Numbered from the stretch's first letter, positions 9,240-22,136 are shown. The stretch is 64,000 bases of DNA from an uncultured Gemmatimonadales bacterium (GCA_963798845.1 CAWCUS010000006.1:512001-576000); one strand, 5' to 3'. The notes: a model not told the origin generated them from the sequence alone. Translations and numbers: made by a program.

Positions 9240-10496
9240 ATGAGCGGCACGGGGGCTGCCACGGTCCGGGGCTCGGGCCCCGTGGAGGACCGCCCGCGGC
9301 GGCGGAGCGGGCTCCGCTTCGGCCCGGGCGCCGTGGTCGCGGCGGCGTTCATCGGGCCGGGGACCGTGACCACCGCCACGCTGGCGGGCGTGGGGTACGG
9401 CTACGCGCTGCTCTGGGCGCTCACTTTCTCTCTCCTCGCCACGCTCGTGCTGCAGGAGATGGCGGCGCGCCTCGGGCTGGTCACGGGGGAGGGGCTGGGG
9501 GAGGCGGTGCGACGGCGCTTCCGGGGCAGGGCATCGCGGGCGGCCGCGGTCGGCCTCGTGATCGCCGCGATCGCGTTCGGCAACGCGGCGTACGAGACCG
9601 GAAACCTCCTGGGCGCCGGGCTCGGGGCGGAGGCGGTGTGGGGGGGCACGACGCGGACGTGGGCCATCGTCGCGGGGTTCGCCGCCTACCTCCTCCTGCG
9701 CACCGGCAGCTACCGCGTGGTGGAGCGCGTGCTGGTCGGCCTCGTCGCGCTCATGTCCGCCGCCTTCCTCGCCACCGCCGTGGTCAGTCGACCCGCGCTG
9801 GCTCCGCTCCTCCGGGGCGCGTTCGTTCCGTCGCTGCCCGGGGGCGCCGGGGTGCTCTACGTCGCCGGGCTGGTGGGGACCACGGTCGTCCCGTACAACC
9901 TGTTCCTCCACGCGGCCGCGGTGCGGGAGCGGTGGAGCGGGCCGGAGGACCTGAAAGCGGCGAGGGTGGACCTGGGGGTGAGCATCGTGGTGGGCGCGCT
10001 CGTGTCCATGGCGATCGTGACCACGGCCGCGGCCATGGGCTCGGCAGCGGGGATCCGCAACGCCGCCGACATGGCGGTGCAGCTGGAGCCGCTGCTCGGA
10101 TCGTGGGCCCGGTACTTCTTCGCGGCGGGGCTCCTGGCGGCCGGCCTCACGTCCGCCATCACCGCGCCGCTGGCCGCCGCGTACGCTACTGCCGGCGCCC
10201 TCGGGTGGCGGCGAAGCCTGTCCGACACGCGCTTCCGGCTGGTCTGGATGGCCGTGCTCGCCGCCGGGATCATCTTCTCGGGACTCGGCGTCCAGCCCGT
10301 GCCGGCCATCCTCTTCGCCCAGGTGGCCAACGGGATCCTGCTCCCCGCGCTCGCGGTCTTCCTGCTCCTGGCGGCCAACGACCGCGCGGCCATGGGCGAG
10401 CGCGCGAACGGCCCGGCGCTCAACGCGGCGGGCGCCATCGTCGTGCTGGTGGCGCTCGCGCTGGGGCTGCGGGCGCTCTGGAGCGCGCTCTCCTGA
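9240..10496 (+). CDS. NRAMP-related divalent metal transporter
   Basis: GPGAVVAAAFIGPG, LQEMAARLG and VGTTVVPYNLFLH; about 11 TM segments. Lacks the canonical DPGN, so not true MntH. Confidence 0.82.
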   Translation: MSGTGAATVRGSGPVEDRPRRRSGLRFGPGAVVAAAFIGPGTVTTATLAGVGYGYALLWALTFSLLATLVLQEMAARLGLVTGEGLGEAVRRRFRGRASRAAAVGLVIAAIAFGNAAYETGNLLGAGLGAEAVWGGTTRTWAIVAGFAAYLLLRTGSYRVVERVLVGLVALMSAAFLATAVVSRPALAPLLRGAFVPSLPGGAGVLYVAGLVGTTVVPYNLFLHAAAVRERWSGPEDLKAARVDLGVSIVVGALVSMAIVTTAAAMGSAAGIRNAADMAVQLEPLLGSWARYFFAAGLLAAGLTSAITAPLAAAYATAGALGWRRSLSDTRFRLVWMAVLAAGIIFSGLGVQPVPAILFAQVANGILLPALAVFLLLAANDRAAMGERANGPALNAAGAIVVLVALALGLRALWSALS

Positions 10497-10509
10497 GCGC
10501 GGCTGCTGC

Positions 10510-10896
10510 GTGAGCGGCTCGTTCCTCCTGTTCGCGTACGGCTCCCTGATCGCCGCCGACGCGCCGCCCGCGGCCCGGGAGCTGCTCCGTGGCTGCGAGC
10601 GCGTGGGTCCCGGAACGGTGCGCGGCACGCTCTACGACCTGGGCGACTACCCCGCGCTCCTGGTCGCCGGCGACGACGCCGTCAGCGGCGAGGTCTGGCG
10701 CTGTCCGCACGAAACGCTCGCGGCGCTGGACCGCTACGAAGGCGTGGCTGAAGGGCTGTTCCGCAGGGTGGGCGTGGAAGTGGAGGGGCGGGGCTGCTGG
10801 ACGTACGTGGCGGGCCCGCGCCTGGGGCCGCGGCTGACGCCGCAGGCGCGCATCGGATCCGGCCGCTGGAGCGGGAGCGGCGCCGCCGGGGGCTGA
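10510..10896 (+). CDS. Gamma-glutamylcyclotransferase family protein
   Basis: FAYGSL, YPAL, GEVW and LDRYEG motifs. Confidence 0.85.
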   Translation: MSGSFLLFAYGSLIAADAPPAARELLRGCERVGPGTVRGTLYDLGDYPALLVAGDDAVSGEVWRCPHETLAALDRYEGVAEGLFRRVGVEVEGRGCWTYVAGPRLGPRLTPQARIGSGRWSGSGAAGG

Positions 10897-10915
10897 GGCC
10901 GCCCGGGCCCGGCGG

Positions 10916-12424
10916 TCAGCTCCCCGCCTGGGTCCGCTCCAGCCCCAGCTGGGTGGCCCAGCGCTCGATCTCGTGCTCCTCGAGCGGGCTGGTGAGCACG
11001 CGCGTGCCGGGCAGGTTGGAGAGGGCCGGGTGGGAGCGCTGGATGCGCGTCAGGACCCGGCCGGCGAGGTGCTGGTCCACCTGGTTGATGAGCAGCGCGA
11101 CGCGCCCGTCCGCCAGGATGGAGACCAGGTCTCCGTCGTTGAGCCGGGCCTGGCGCCGCAGCGACATCCACAGCTCGTCCGGCGCAAGCAGGTCGCGCGT
11201 GTCCAGGAGCGCGAGCGCGAAGAAGGGCGTGGGCGCCTCGTCGACGAGCTCCCGCACCGCCACTGCCATCTCCTCGGGCTTCATGGGCCGCAGCTCGCCC
11301 TCGTCGTCGCGGGGCTGGAGCTGCCGGTCGGGGCGCACGGAGCCGTTGCGCCGGTGATGTCCCCGCGCGGCGCTGATGCGGATCCGCTCCACGATCTCGG
11401 CGGGCGGCAGCTCCGAGAGGACGAAATCGTCGCCGCCCATGCGGAGGCCGCGGGAGCGGGTCATGCTGCGCAGGCCGCGGCTGGGCGCGACGAACAGGAT
11501 GGGGGCGCCGTTGCCGGCCTTGCGGAGCGTGTAGGTGAGGTTGAACGCGCGCTCCGGGTCGTACGGGTCGACGCCGAGCACGAGCACGCCGTACCGGGCT
11601 TCGAGGAGCTTCACGAGCGAGCCCTGGAGCTCGTTGTAGAGCTCCACCTCGAAGCTCGAGGACAGCGCGTGCACCACTTCCGGGGGGAGCACGGCGGACT
11701 CGTCCAGGATGGCGATGGTCCCGCGCAGTGAAGTGCGGACCTCGCGCTCGTACGCGGGCAGGTCCTCCGCGACGCCGCCCCCGCTGCGCAGCGTGTAGAG
11801 GAAGGGCTCGGTGGAGAAGCTGTGCTGGCGGACGCTGCGGAACGAGAGCCGCTTGCGGCCGCGTCCCAGCGGCTCCATCTCCAGCACTGCCGAGACGTCC
11901 TGCTCGATGGTGTGGAGGACGTCGTCGGAGAGCGCCACCATGTCGCTGTTGCTGGCGACCAGGTAGCTGGACGCGCCCGACTGCGCCAGGAACCCCATGA
12001 GCGCCCGCGCGGTGGCCTGGGGCGTGTGGGAGTCCTGGAGGAAATGGCGCACTTCGTCGATGACGATGCGGGTGACCGGGCGCGGGCCGTTGTTGACCAG
12101 GCGCCTGAGCGCCTCCACGGCCGCGTGCCGCTCCCGCCACAGTCCGAGGCGACCGATCGCCTCGCGCACGTCCACCACCTCGAGGCCCGGGTGCTCGGAC
12201 AGGGAGCCGGGGCTGAAGCCCACGAACACGCCGCGGCCGTCCACGGTCGCCCGGTCGCTGCCCGTCACCAGCAGGCAGCGCTCCTGCTGCTCCATGCCGG
12301 TGATCAGGAAGTGCAGGCCGATCACGCTCTTGCCGACGCCTTCCGGGCCCAGTACCAGGAAAGCCCCGTTCGCGTCGATCCCGCCGAGCCGGGATTCCAG
12401 TGCCTCAACGCCAGTAGAACGCAT
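10916..12424 (-). CDS. KaiC/RAD55-like ATPase + degenerate REC + degenerate GGDEF-like protein (copy 1, last gene of the Tad operon)
   Basis: STG..LE N-terminus, Walker A GPEGVGKS, Walker B IVIDE, REC-like block (APILFV...GGDDF) and C-terminal RLNDGDLVSILADGRVALL. Confidence 0.75.
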   Translation of the reverse strand: MRSTGVEALESRLGGIDANGAFLVLGPEGVGKSVIGLHFLITGMEQQERCLLVTGSDRATVDGRGVFVGFSPGSLSEHPGLEVVDVREAIGRLGLWRERHAAVEALRRLVNNGPRPVTRIVIDEVRHFLQDSHTPQATARALMGFLAQSGASSYLVASNSDMVALSDDVLHTIEQDVSAVLEMEPLGRGRKRLSFRSVRQHSFSTEPFLYTLRSGGGVAEDLPAYEREVRTSLRGTIAILDESAVLPPEVVHALSSSFEVELYNELQGSLVKLLEARYGVLVLGVDPYDPERAFNLTYTLRKAGNGAPILFVAPSRGLRSMTRSRGLRMGGDDFVLSELPPAEIVERIRISAARGHHRRNGSVRPDRQLQPRDDEGELRPMKPEEMAVAVRELVDEAPTPFFALALLDTRDLLAPDELWMSLRRQARLNDGDLVSILADGRVALLINQVDQHLAGRVLTRIQRSHPALSNLPGTRVLTSPLEEHEIERWATQLGLERTQAGS

Positions 12425-12464
12425 GCGCAGCTATCCGCGTGATGGAGTGAGTTCCGGCCGGCAG

Positions 12465-13100
12465 TCAGCTGCCGCCGGCGGAGTCGCCCTGCGTTTCGTT
12501 CAGCGCCGGCCACCAGAATTCCGGGCTGCCGTCGCCCCGCACGCCGAGAACGGCCCGGGTGCCGCCGTTCTGGTCGGCGAAGAGCAGCGAGCTCTCCCCG
12601 TCGGGGGTGAGCCCGAAGACGCCGCGGGTCTGCCCCCGTTCGTCCGCGAAGCCGAGCGTGCCGCTCTGGTCGTCCAGGAAGCCCAGGACCACGCGGGCCG
12701 CGCCCGTCGAGTCGGCCAGGGAGACGCCCTGCTCGCCGTTGGCGCGCAGGGTGAGCTTGAGCCGGTCCACGCCGCGGGGGTCGGTCATGACGAAGCGGGC
12801 CGTGCCCTCGTCGTCCACTCGCCAGTACCCGCGCGCGCTGCCGTTTTCGCCCATGAGGACCACCTCCCGGGTCCGGATGCTGGGCGACGTGAGGATGGGC
12901 AGGCCGTGGTAGAAGGCGTAGTACAGCACGCCGCCGGCCCCGGCCGCGGCGAGCAGCGCGATCACCACCGCCATCCAGCCGAGGATCCGCATCCGGCGGC
13001 GGATGGCCGCGGTCTCGACCCGAACGCGCTCGGAGACCAGGTCCCGGAACTCCCGGACCAGCTCCGGCGGCATCTCCATCGTCTCGATCTTCTGGTCCAT
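12465..13100 (-). CDS. Single-TM protein with ~23-aa beta-rich tandem repeats
   Basis: MDQKIETME start, TM ILGWMAVVIALLAAAGAGGVLYYAFY, repeats of G..xLxFxDxxGxxRxxLG. Confidence 0.72.
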   Translation of the reverse strand: MDQKIETMEMPPELVREFRDLVSERVRVETAAIRRRMRILGWMAVVIALLAAAGAGGVLYYAFYHGLPILTSPSIRTREVVLMGENGSARGYWRVDDEGTARFVMTDPRGVDRLKLTLRANGEQGVSLADSTGAARVVLGFLDDQSGTLGFADERGQTRGVFGLTPDGESSLLFADQNGGTRAVLGVRGDGSPEFWWPALNETQGDSAGGS

Positions 13101-13111
13101 GTCAGCCGTGG

Positions 13112-14471
<1,360 letters not shown>

Positions 14472-14485
<14 letters not shown>

Positions 14486-14918
14486 ACAGCTTTCCGGTTC
14501 TGCGGGAGCCGCGACGCGACTCGCGCTGTGAAGGGCCACGACGCGGGGCGTCGTCGCCGTCGTTGTGGGGGGACCAGCTCAGGGCGTCGCCCACGCGCGT
14601 GGCCGTGGCCCGCACGGTCCCGGGCGGGAGCTCGAGCGCGTGCGACGCGCTCCTGTCCACCGCGGTCCAGCGCCAGGGGCGCAGGCTCTCGTAGATCCGG
14701 ACGATCTGCCCCTCGTCGTCGATGAAGACCACGTCCAGCGGGTAGCGCATGCCGAACATGTGCACCCCCTGGCACGGGCTCAGGAGGATCCCCTCCCCGG
14801 GCTCCGGCGCCGGTCGCAGCAGGAAGCCGCGCAGGCGACCCAGCAGGTCGTCGGCCAGCCTGATGCGGGTGCCGAGGACGGTCTCCCGGGTACGGTTCTC
14901 CACGCGTAGCGGTCCCAT
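14472..14918 (-). CDS. DUF192 family protein
   Basis: RLRGFL, VHMFGMRYPLDVVFID and ALELPPG motifs. Confidence 0.85.
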
Positions 14919-14937
14919 TCTGCTCCCGCGGCGAGTT

Positions 14938-15864
14938 CTAGAGGCTGCCGAGCGCTTCGATGATCTGGATCAGGCCGGGCCCGACCAGCACGACGAACAT
15001 CGCCGGGAAGATGCAGAGCACCAGCGGGAAGATCAGCTTGATGGTGGTCTTGGCGGCGGCCTCCTCCGCCCGCTGCTTGCGCTTGTCCCGCAGCGTCTCG
15101 GAGTGGACGCGCAGCGCGTTGCCGATCGACGTGCCGAAGCGGTCCGCCTGGATCAGCATGAGCATGAGCGCGCGGATGTCTTCCACGCCCGTGCGGTTGA
15201 ACAGGTTCCGCAGCGCCTCCTCGCGCGGCTTCCCGGCCCGGATCTCCAGGTTCAGGAGGTGCATCTCGGCGGCCAGGGTCTCGCTCAGCGCGTGGATCTC
15301 GTCCGCCACGCGCACGAAGGCCTGGTTCAGCCCGAGCCCCGCCTCCACGCAGACCACGAGCAGGTCGAGCGCGTCGGGCAGCGCCAGGACGACCTCGTGC
15401 TGGCGGCGCCTCGCCTTCGCCCGTACCACGAGCAGCGGGAGGACGAACCCCATGGCGGCGAAGTACACGGCGCCTAGCAGCGTGACGGCCGCCTTGGTGC
15501 CGAGGATCGGAAGCGCCAACCCGGCGCCGACGCCCAACGCGGCTGCGGCCATGAAGCGGAGGCCCCAGTAGATCGCTCCCGCCCTGGGGCTGCGATAGCC
15601 CGCGTGGACGAGGAGCTCGCGCGTGGCCGCCGAGTCGGCCGTGTAGCCCTTGAGCTGCCGGCCCACCACCTCGAGCAGGTCTTCGAGCTGCTGCCGCTGT
15701 TCCTGCCGACGCCGGCGATGCAGCGCGCCCTCCGCCTCCGACATGGTCGCCACTTCGGCGACGCGCCGGGTGACGGCTGCCGGGCGGGCCGGGAGCAGCT
15801 GCCCGGCGACCACGACGAGCAGTCCGATGGCCAGTGCGGCGCTGAGTGCGATCAGGATCACCAT
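14938..15864 (-). CDS. tadC: Tad inner-membrane platform protein TadC
   Basis: [21 protein letters not shown] and AEEAAAK..KLIFPL. Confidence 0.92.
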   Translation of the reverse strand: MVILIALSAALAIGLLVVVAGQLLPARPAAVTRRVAEVATMSEAEGALHRRRRQEQRQQLEDLLEVVGRQLKGYTADSAATRELLVHAGYRSPRAGAIYWGLRFMAAAALGVGAGLALPILGTKAAVTLLGAVYFAAMGFVLPLLVVRAKARRRQHEVVLALPDALDLLVVCVEAGLGLNQAFVRVADEIHALSETLAAEMHLLNLEIRAGKPREEALRNLFNRTGVEDIRALMLMLIQADRFGTSIGNALRVHSETLRDKRKQRAEEAAAKTTIKLIFPLVLCIFPAMFVVLVGPGLIQIIEALGSL

Positions 15865-15865
15865 G

Positions 15866-16846
15866 TCAGATCTCTATGGTTACGACCTTGCGGATCCAGA
15901 AGTACCCGATGATCTGCATCACGATCGCGAAGGCGAGCATGCCCCGCCCGATCGGGTGGTCGAACAGGAGCCGGACGTAGTTCGGGTTCAGGGCGTAGAA
16001 AGCGAGCCCCACCACGAACGGCATGAGCCCCACCACCAGGCCGCTCATCCGCCCCTGCGCCGTGTACGTGCGCAGCTGGCGCCGGATGCGGAAGCGGGAG
16101 CGGATCATGTTCGAGATGTTGTCCAGGATCTCGGCCAGGTTCCCGCCCACCTCGCGCTGCACGAGAATGGCCGTGGCGAAGATCCTCACGTCCACCAGGT
16201 CCACGCGGTCCACCATCCCCATCATGGCCTCGGCGAAGGGAACGCCGAAGCGGGACTCCTCGAACAGGGTGCGGAACTCCCCGCCCACCGGCTCGGTCAT
16301 CTCCTGCCCCACCATCTGGATCCCGGCCGAGAGCGGGTGGCCGGCGCGGATGGCGCGTCCGAGCATGTCGATGGCCTCGGGGAACGTCTCCTCGAAGCGG
16401 TTCAGGTGGCGGGACTTCTTCAGCTTCAGGTACGCACGGGGGATCCAGGCGCCGACGGCCGACAGGGCGAGGGCGACGATGGGGCCGGCGCCGGCCGTCA
16501 TCCCGGCGATCCCGAGGGCGAGGGCGAGGCCCACCGTGAGCACCACGAAGGTGTTCGCGCTCCACGTGCTGTGCGCGTGCTCCAGGAGGACGGGGATGTT
16601 CCGGATCCTGGGGATGCGCGAGATCATGAGCTCGAGGCCGCTGGCCTCCGGCCGCCGGTCGCGGAAGAGAGAGCCCGTGCGCTCGGGGAGGTCGGCGCTC
16701 CCGGTCATCATCTCGTCCACGCGCCGGCTCACGTCGCGCCGGCGGTACCAGGCCCGGCCGCCCTCGATCACGAGCACGATGGCGACGGTGGCGAACGCCA
16801 CCGCGACGAACACCAGGGCGGTGGGGATCCAGGGACTCATGACCAC
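15866..16846 (-). CDS. tadB: Tad inner-membrane platform protein TadB
   Basis: [28 protein letters not shown] and TAQGRMSG. Confidence 0.92.
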   Translation of the reverse strand: MVMSPWIPTALVFVAVAFATVAIVLVIEGGRAWYRRRDVSRRVDEMMTGSADLPERTGSLFRDRRPEASGLELMISRIPRIRNIPVLLEHAHSTWSANTFVVLTVGLALALGIAGMTAGAGPIVALALSAVGAWIPRAYLKLKKSRHLNRFEETFPEAIDMLGRAIRAGHPLSAGIQMVGQEMTEPVGGEFRTLFEESRFGVPFAEAMMGMVDRVDLVDVRIFATAILVQREVGGNLAEILDNISNMIRSRFRIRRQLRTYTAQGRMSGLVVGLMPFVVGLAFYALNPNYVRLLFDHPIGRGMLAFAIVMQIIGYFWIRKVVTIEI

Positions 16847-18282
16847 TCCTTGAGCGAGCGGGCGGGGCCCTGGGCGGCCTCGGCGCGCGGCCGGAAGCTC
16901 TCCTGGGCGCCGGTGCCCTCGGTGTCGGAGAAGAGGAGCTCCCCCAGGTTGATGCCGTGGGCCTTGAGCCGGTCGGCGAAGCGCGGGCGGATGCCGGTGG
17001 AGCGGAAGCGGCCGACCACGTCGCCTTCCTCGCTGATCCCCTGGCGCTCGAACTGGAAGATGTCCTGCATGGTGATGACGTCGCCCTCCATGCCGACGAT
17101 CTCGGAGACCGAGGTCACCTTGCGCGAGCCGTCGGAGAGGCGGCTGAGCTGGATCACCACGTTGATGGCGGAAGCCACCTGCTGGCGCATGGCCTTCTCC
17201 GGCAGCCGCAGGTTGGCCATGGAGATCATGGTCTCCAGGCGGCTCAGCGCGTCGCGCGGCGTGTTGGCGTGCAGCGTGGTGATGGAGCCGTCGTGGCCGG
17301 TGTTCATGGCCTGGAGCATGTCCACCGCCTCCCCGCCGCGGACCTCGCCCACGATGATCCGGTCGGGGCGCATGCGCAGCGCGTTGATCAGCAGCATCCG
17401 CTGCGGGACCTCGCCCCTCCCCTCCAGGTTCGCCGGCCGGGTCTCGAGCCGCACGACGTGGGGCTGGCGCAGCTGGAGCTCGGCGGAGTCCTCGATGGTG
17501 ACGATCCGCTCGTTGGCCGGGATGTACGACGTGAGGATGTTCAGCAGCGTGGTCTTGCCGGCGCCGGTCCCGCCGGAGATCAGGACGTTCAGGCGCGCCT
17601 GGATCACGGCGCGGAGCAGCTCGAGCATGGGCTCGGTGAGGCTCCGTGCCCGCAGCAGGTCGTCGCCGGAGAGGGTGTCCCGCTTGAACTTGCGGATGGA
17701 CAGGTGCGGCCCGTCCAGCGCGAGCGGCGGGATGATGGCGTTGACGCGGGAGCCGTCGGGGAGGCGCGCATCCACCATGGGCGACGAATCGTCGATGCGG
17801 CGTCCCACGGCGGAGACGATGCGGTCGATGATCTGCATCAGGTGGGCGTCGTTGCGGAAGCGCACGTTCGTGGGCTCGAGCTTGCCGAACTTCTCCACCA
17901 CCACCTGGGCGTGGGTGTTGACCAGGACGTCGGAGACGTCCGGGTCCTTCATGAGCGGCTCGAGCGGGCCCAGGCCGAAGATCTCGTCCAGGACCTGCTG
18001 CGTCAGCTTCTCCCGCTCGTCCAGGTTGAGGGCCACCCCCTCCGCGCTGAGCAGGGTCTGGATCTCGGGCTTGATGGACGCCGCCGCGTCCTCGCGGCTG
18101 AGCCCGTCCAGGTTGGACAGGTTCAGGCGCTCCAGGAGCTTGCGGTGGATGCGCCCGCGCACGTCCTCCATGGTCCGCGTCCCGGCGTCGCCGGTGCGCG
18201 CGATCGGCGCGAGCGGCTCCAGGGTCTCACGCGCTTCCGGACGCTTCGGGCGCCCCGGCCGTTCCGTCGAATCCATGTTCAT
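16837..18282 (-). CDS. cpaF: Tad pilus assembly ATPase TadA/CpaF
   Basis: [42 protein letters not shown] and AMNTGHDGS. Confidence 0.95.
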   Translation of the reverse strand: MNMDSTERPGRPKRPEARETLEPLAPIARTGDAGTRTMEDVRGRIHRKLLERLNLSNLDGLSREDAAASIKPEIQTLLSAEGVALNLDEREKLTQQVLDEIFGLGPLEPLMKDPDVSDVLVNTHAQVVVEKFGKLEPTNVRFRNDAHLMQIIDRIVSAVGRRIDDSSPMVDARLPDGSRVNAIIPPLALDGPHLSIRKFKRDTLSGDDLLRARSLTEPMLELLRAVIQARLNVLISGGTGAGKTTLLNILTSYIPANERIVTIEDSAELQLRQPHVVRLETRPANLEGRGEVPQRMLLINALRMRPDRIIVGEVRGGEAVDMLQAMNTGHDGSITTLHANTPRDALSRLETMISMANLRLPEKAMRQQVASAINVVIQLSRLSDGSRKVTSVSEIVGMEGDVITMQDIFQFERQGISEEGDVVGRFRSTGIRPRFADRLKAHGINLGELLFSDTEGTGAQESFRPRAEAAQGPARSLKEWS

Positions 18283-19526
18283 GAACCGCTCCCGCTTCGT
18301 TTGCTGCCGATCTTCCGCGACAGGCGCCGGAGGATCCCGCTCGACTGCTCCCGTACGTCGGGATCGACCGCGCGGGCGATCGCCAGGCCCAGCCGCTTCA
18401 CGTCCTGGCCGTACTTCGAGCGCGACCCGTTGGCGACCGCCGGCTCCCCCACGTTCACGGACCGCAGCACCGCCGCGTCGTCCTGGCGCAGCATGAACGC
18501 GACGGGCACGTTGAGCGCCTTGTCGATGTCCTGGACGGTGACCTGCTCCCCGTTGGGGAGGATCCGGTTGAGGATGACGCGCACGCGCTCCGGCGAGTGC
18601 CCGTTGGACATGGCGAGCTCCCCCATGATCCGCTTGGCGTGGCGGAGCGAGGGGAGGTCCGCGTTCAGGACCAGGTAGATGTCGTCCGCCTGGGCGAGGA
18701 CCGTGCGGGCCATCTCCGTGCTGGGGCGAGCCACGTCAACCACCACCACGTCGTAGTGGTGCCGGATCAGGCGGAGCACCGTGCGCACGTCTTCCGGCCG
18801 GATCGCCTCGGCCTCGTCCCGCTGCATGGGCGCGGGCAGGATGTGAATGCCCGACTCGTGCTCGGTCACCAGCGATTCCAGCAGGCTCTCGTCGAGCCGG
18901 TGGAGATTCGTGACCAGGTCGCGGATGCTGTAGCGCGGCGTCACGCCCGTCATCACGCCCACGCTGCCGCAGTCGAGGTCCAGGTCCAGCAGCAGCGTGC
19001 GCCGTCCCGTCAGCGCGTGGGCGTGGATGGCCGCGTTCACCGCCGCCGTGGTCACGCCCGTTCCCCCCTTCGCCCCCGCGAACGCCACGATCCGGCCGCC
19101 CTGGCTGGTGCCGGCCGCCGGACCCCGCCCCAGCTTGCGGCCCACCCGCCGGAGCGCCTCGTCGAGCTGGCGCGGCTCCACCGGCATGGGCAGGTATTCC
19201 GACACGCCCGAGCGCATCGCCTCGATCAGGAGCTTGGGCGGGAGCTCCGGGCCGGCGCCGAGGAACAGGCGCGACGGCCGGGCGTCGGAGAGGAGGCGGA
19301 TGTAGCGCAGCGAAGCCACCGGGTCCCCGTCGAAGTCGGCGATGATCAGCTCCGGGTCGTCCTTGTGCAGCTCCTCCAGCGACTCGCTGTCCAGGTCCCC
19401 CGCCGGCACGGGCAGGTCCGTCACCACGCGCAGCATCTCGGGGAAGTCCTTCAGGAGCCGGGAAACGGCTTCCCGGAACTCCCGGTTCCCCGAGATCACC
19501 GCGGTCCTCAGCTTGGCGTCATCCAT
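18279..19526 (-). CDS. cpaE: CpaE/TadZ (atypical REC + MinD/ParA-like ATPase)
   Basis: True start [13 protein letters not shown] at 19526; [10 protein letters not shown], deviant Walker GAKGGTGVT and LLLDLD. Confidence 0.88.
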   Translation of the reverse strand: MDDAKLRTAVISGNREFREAVSRLLKDFPEMLRVVTDLPVPAGDLDSESLEELHKDDPELIIADFDGDPVASLRYIRLLSDARPSRLFLGAGPELPPKLLIEAMRSGVSEYLPMPVEPRQLDEALRRVGRKLGRGPAAGTSQGGRIVAFAGAKGGTGVTTAAVNAAIHAHALTGRRTLLLDLDLDCGSVGVMTGVTPRYSIRDLVTNLHRLDESLLESLVTEHESGIHILPAPMQRDEAEAIRPEDVRTVLRLIRHHYDVVVVDVARPSTEMARTVLAQADDIYLVLNADLPSLRHAKRIMGELAMSNGHSPERVRVILNRILPNGEQVTVQDIDKALNVPVAFMLRQDDAAVLRSVNVGEPAVANGSRSKYGQDVKRLGLAIARAVDPDVREQSSGILRRLSRKIGSKRSGSGS

Positions 19527-19536
19527 TTCGAAGTCG

Positions 19537-20761
19537 CTATTCCACGAGGCGGATCTGGCGGACGAGCGGGCTCTGCGTCGGCCCGGCCGGACCCGTTCCC
19601 TCCACGTAGTAGAGGAAGCGGGCGAGCACGGCGTCCTTCCGCTTGGTCTGCCCCACCAGGAAGATCTTGGCGAAGTTGTTGAACTCGATCTCGTCGGACG
19701 GATTCGATGTCCTGGTTCAGCATGGCCGGGTCCACCAGCCCGATCACGATCACCCGCGGGCTTCGAATCCAGCCAGTCCGTCCCCGGCGCTCGAGCCGAC
19801 CACCGTCTTCGTGGCCTCGTCCCATTGGGCGCCGGGGTCCATCGTCCATGAGATCGCCGATGCCCTGGAACGTGGGGCCGATCATGTTGCCGGGCTCCAG
19901 GTCGTACTGGTCCTCGGTGGTGCTCGGGTCCCCGTCCCCGATCACCGTCGTGGTCGGGTTGCAGGTGACGATGTTGTTCCGGAAGTCGTTGGCGCCGCTC
20001 GAATCGCCGATCCGCCACGGGTAGAACACGCCGGGTCGCGCGATCTTCGGGTCGTGCGGGTCCGACGGCTTGATGTTGAGCACCCGGCCGTAGTCGTCGG
20101 TGTACGCGTCGCTGCCGTTGCGCCAGGCGCTGCCGTAGCCGGTTGCGCCGGTGGCGTCGCCCACGGCCTGGGCCACCTGGTAATAGTCGCCGTCGCCGGG
20201 GTTGTAGTCCCAGTCCTCGTCCTCGTCCCACCAGTCGTCGCCGTCGGCGTCTTCGCCGCTCCCCTCGTGCCAGAGGTCGGGGAGCACGAACGGCTTCAGG
20301 CAGGCGTTGCTGGCGCCCGAGTTCATGGCCACCGCGGCGGCTTCGGCCGTGACCGCGATCTGGTTCACGCCGAACACCTTCGCGAACCAGGTCGCGATGC
20401 CGCGGCGGCGGACCCACACCCGGACCTTCTGGCTGTCGGGGATGACGGCCACCCGGACGTCCTGGACCTGGTCGATGTGCTCGTTCCGGATCTCGTTGCG
20501 CGCCACGTAGTCGTGCGCGCGCGCGTCCGCCGAATCGATGGTGGCGGGCGCGTCCGCGGGCGTGAAGTCCAGGTACGCGCTGGCGCCGGCCAGCGCGGCG
20601 GCGTCGGCCATGCGCTGGGCCTCGGCGCGGCCGGTGTAGGCCATGCCGAGGTCCACGGCCAGCGAGATGATGGCCAGCAGTCCCAGCAGCATCACGGCGA
20701 CGAGGGGGATGGCGACGCCCTCCCGGCGTCCGGAAACGATCACGTCCACGTGCAGATCCAT
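19537..20761 (-). CDS. TadG-like minor pilin/tip protein (frameshifted several times near the 3' end)
   Basis: RREGVAIPLV...LAVDLG...AQRMADAAALAGA. The C-terminus (EIEFNNFAKIFLVG...PLVRQIRLVE*) lies in another frame with TAG at 19539-19537. Confidence 0.78.
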
Positions 20762-20768
20762 GGCTCGC

Positions 20769-22136
20769 TCACTCTTCCTGCCCGCCTCCTCCGGGGACCG
20801 GGGGCGGCGGGACGGTCAGCTCCCCGACGGGAAGCTTGATGACGGACTGGTCGAAGATCCTGCTGCGCTCCCACGTGGCGGGCTCGCCCGTGGGCAGGGC
20901 CGGCGAGGTGTCGCTCGGCTTCACGAGATACGGCGTCACGATCACCAGCAGCTCGGTCTGGGTGTCGCGGCTCGAGCGGTTGCTGAAGAACGCGCCGATG
21001 ATCGGGATCTGGCCCAGGATCGGGATCTGGTCCACGTCCTTCTGGTGCTCGTTGTTGAGCAGCCCCGCGATGGCGATGCTCTGCCCCGACTTCAGCTCCA
21101 CCTGCGTGGTGGCACGGCGCGTGTTCAGCGCCGGGATCTGGTAGCCGGAGAACGTCAGGCCGTTGGCGAAGTCCAGCGAAGACACCTCGGGCGCCACCTC
21201 GAGACGGATGCCGCCGTCGTTCATGATGCGCGGCGTGAAGTTCAGCCGGATGCCGAACTCCTTCCACTGGATCGTGACCTGGTTGTTCGCGCCGCCCTGG
21301 ACGGACGGGTAGGGGAACTCGCCGCCGGCCAGGAAGGTGGCTTCCTGCCCCTCGATGGCCACGAGGTTCGGCTCGGCCAGGCTCTTGAAGTACCCCTGCG
21401 TGCGCAGCGCGCGCAGGAACCAGTCGAGCTCGGTGCCGTTGTCGCCGAGGAGCAGGAGCTGGACGATGCCCTCGGAGAGCGTCTCCAGCGAGGAGCCCAC
21501 CACCTTCTCCACGTTGCCGAACTCGTGCGGGTTCAGCGCCCGGATGTCGCTCGAGAGGTTGTGCAGGATGCTGCGGTCCACTTCGGCGAAGCGGACGTGC
21601 AGGAGCACCTGCTGCGCCGAGGGCGCCACCATGTTGTTGATGACCTCCGCGCCGCCGCTCTGGAGGATCTCCATGGCGCGCCGGGCGGTGCGGGGATCGC
21701 GGACGGTGCCGCTCACCACCACCGCCTGGCCGCTGGCGGTGACCCGGATGTCCGCCTGCGGGAAGAGCTGGTCCATCTGCCGCTGGAGCGCCCCGACGTC
21801 CGGCGTGACGGCGACCGTGTACATGCGCACGCCGCCGTCCTGCTCCCAGACGAACAGGCTCGTGGAGCCGACGCCGATGGCGTTCACCACCAGCTCCCCG
21901 GGGGAGACCAGGGCGTAGTCGGCGATGGAGGGGTCGCCCACGAGCACCCTCTTGAGCGGCTGCGGCTGCGTGAGCAGCGCGGAGCTCCCCTTCGCGAGCG
22001 TGATCACCTGCCCGGGCTCCGACATGACCCGCTGCGCTGCGGCCCCGCTGGCCCACGCCAGCCCCACCACCATCACCATTGCCGCCAGCCAGCGCGGCCC
22101 CACGGAGGCGCCTTCACCCCCATGCTCGTAGCTCAT
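20769..22136 (-). CDS. cpaC: Tad secretin RcpA/CpaC
   Basis: QVLLHVRFAEVDR, LAEPNL, FLAGGEFP, IPILGQIPIIGAFF and TELLVIVTP. Confidence 0.92.
   Translation of the reverse strand: MSYEHGGEGASVGPRWLAAMVMVVGLAWASGAAAQRVMSEPGQVITLAKGSSALLTQPQPLKRVLVGDPSIADYALVSPGELVVNAIGVGSTSLFVWEQDGGVRMYTVAVTPDVGALQRQMDQLFPQADIRVTASGQAVVVSGTVRDPRTARRAMEILQSGGAEVINNMVAPSAQQVLLHVRFAEVDRSILHNLSSDIRALNPHEFGNVEKVVGSSLETLSEGIVQLLLLGDNGTELDWFLRALRTQGYFKSLAEPNLVAIEGQEATFLAGGEFPYPSVQGGANNQVTIQWKEFGIRLNFTPRIMNDGGIRLEVAPEVSSLDFANGLTFSGYQIPALNTRRATTQVELKSGQSIAIAGLLNNEHQKDVDQIPILGQIPIIGAFFSNRSSRDTQTELLVIVTPYLVKPSDTSPALPTGEPATWERSRIFDQSVIKLPVGELTVPPPPVPGGGGQEE

Noticed and set aside
11425..11445. GGDDF in both KaiC-like proteins read as an active GGDEF motif
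   Set aside because: It sits at the REC alpha4-beta5 GAxDY/F position. The real GGDEF-like region is further downstream and degenerate.
10916..12424. Circadian clock KaiC
   Set aside because: Only one RecA-like domain, and no kaiA or kaiB nearby.
18279..20417. 712-aa CpaE with a long N-terminal extension
   Set aside because: The extension is the off-frame reading of the tadG-like gene; CpaE starts at 19526.
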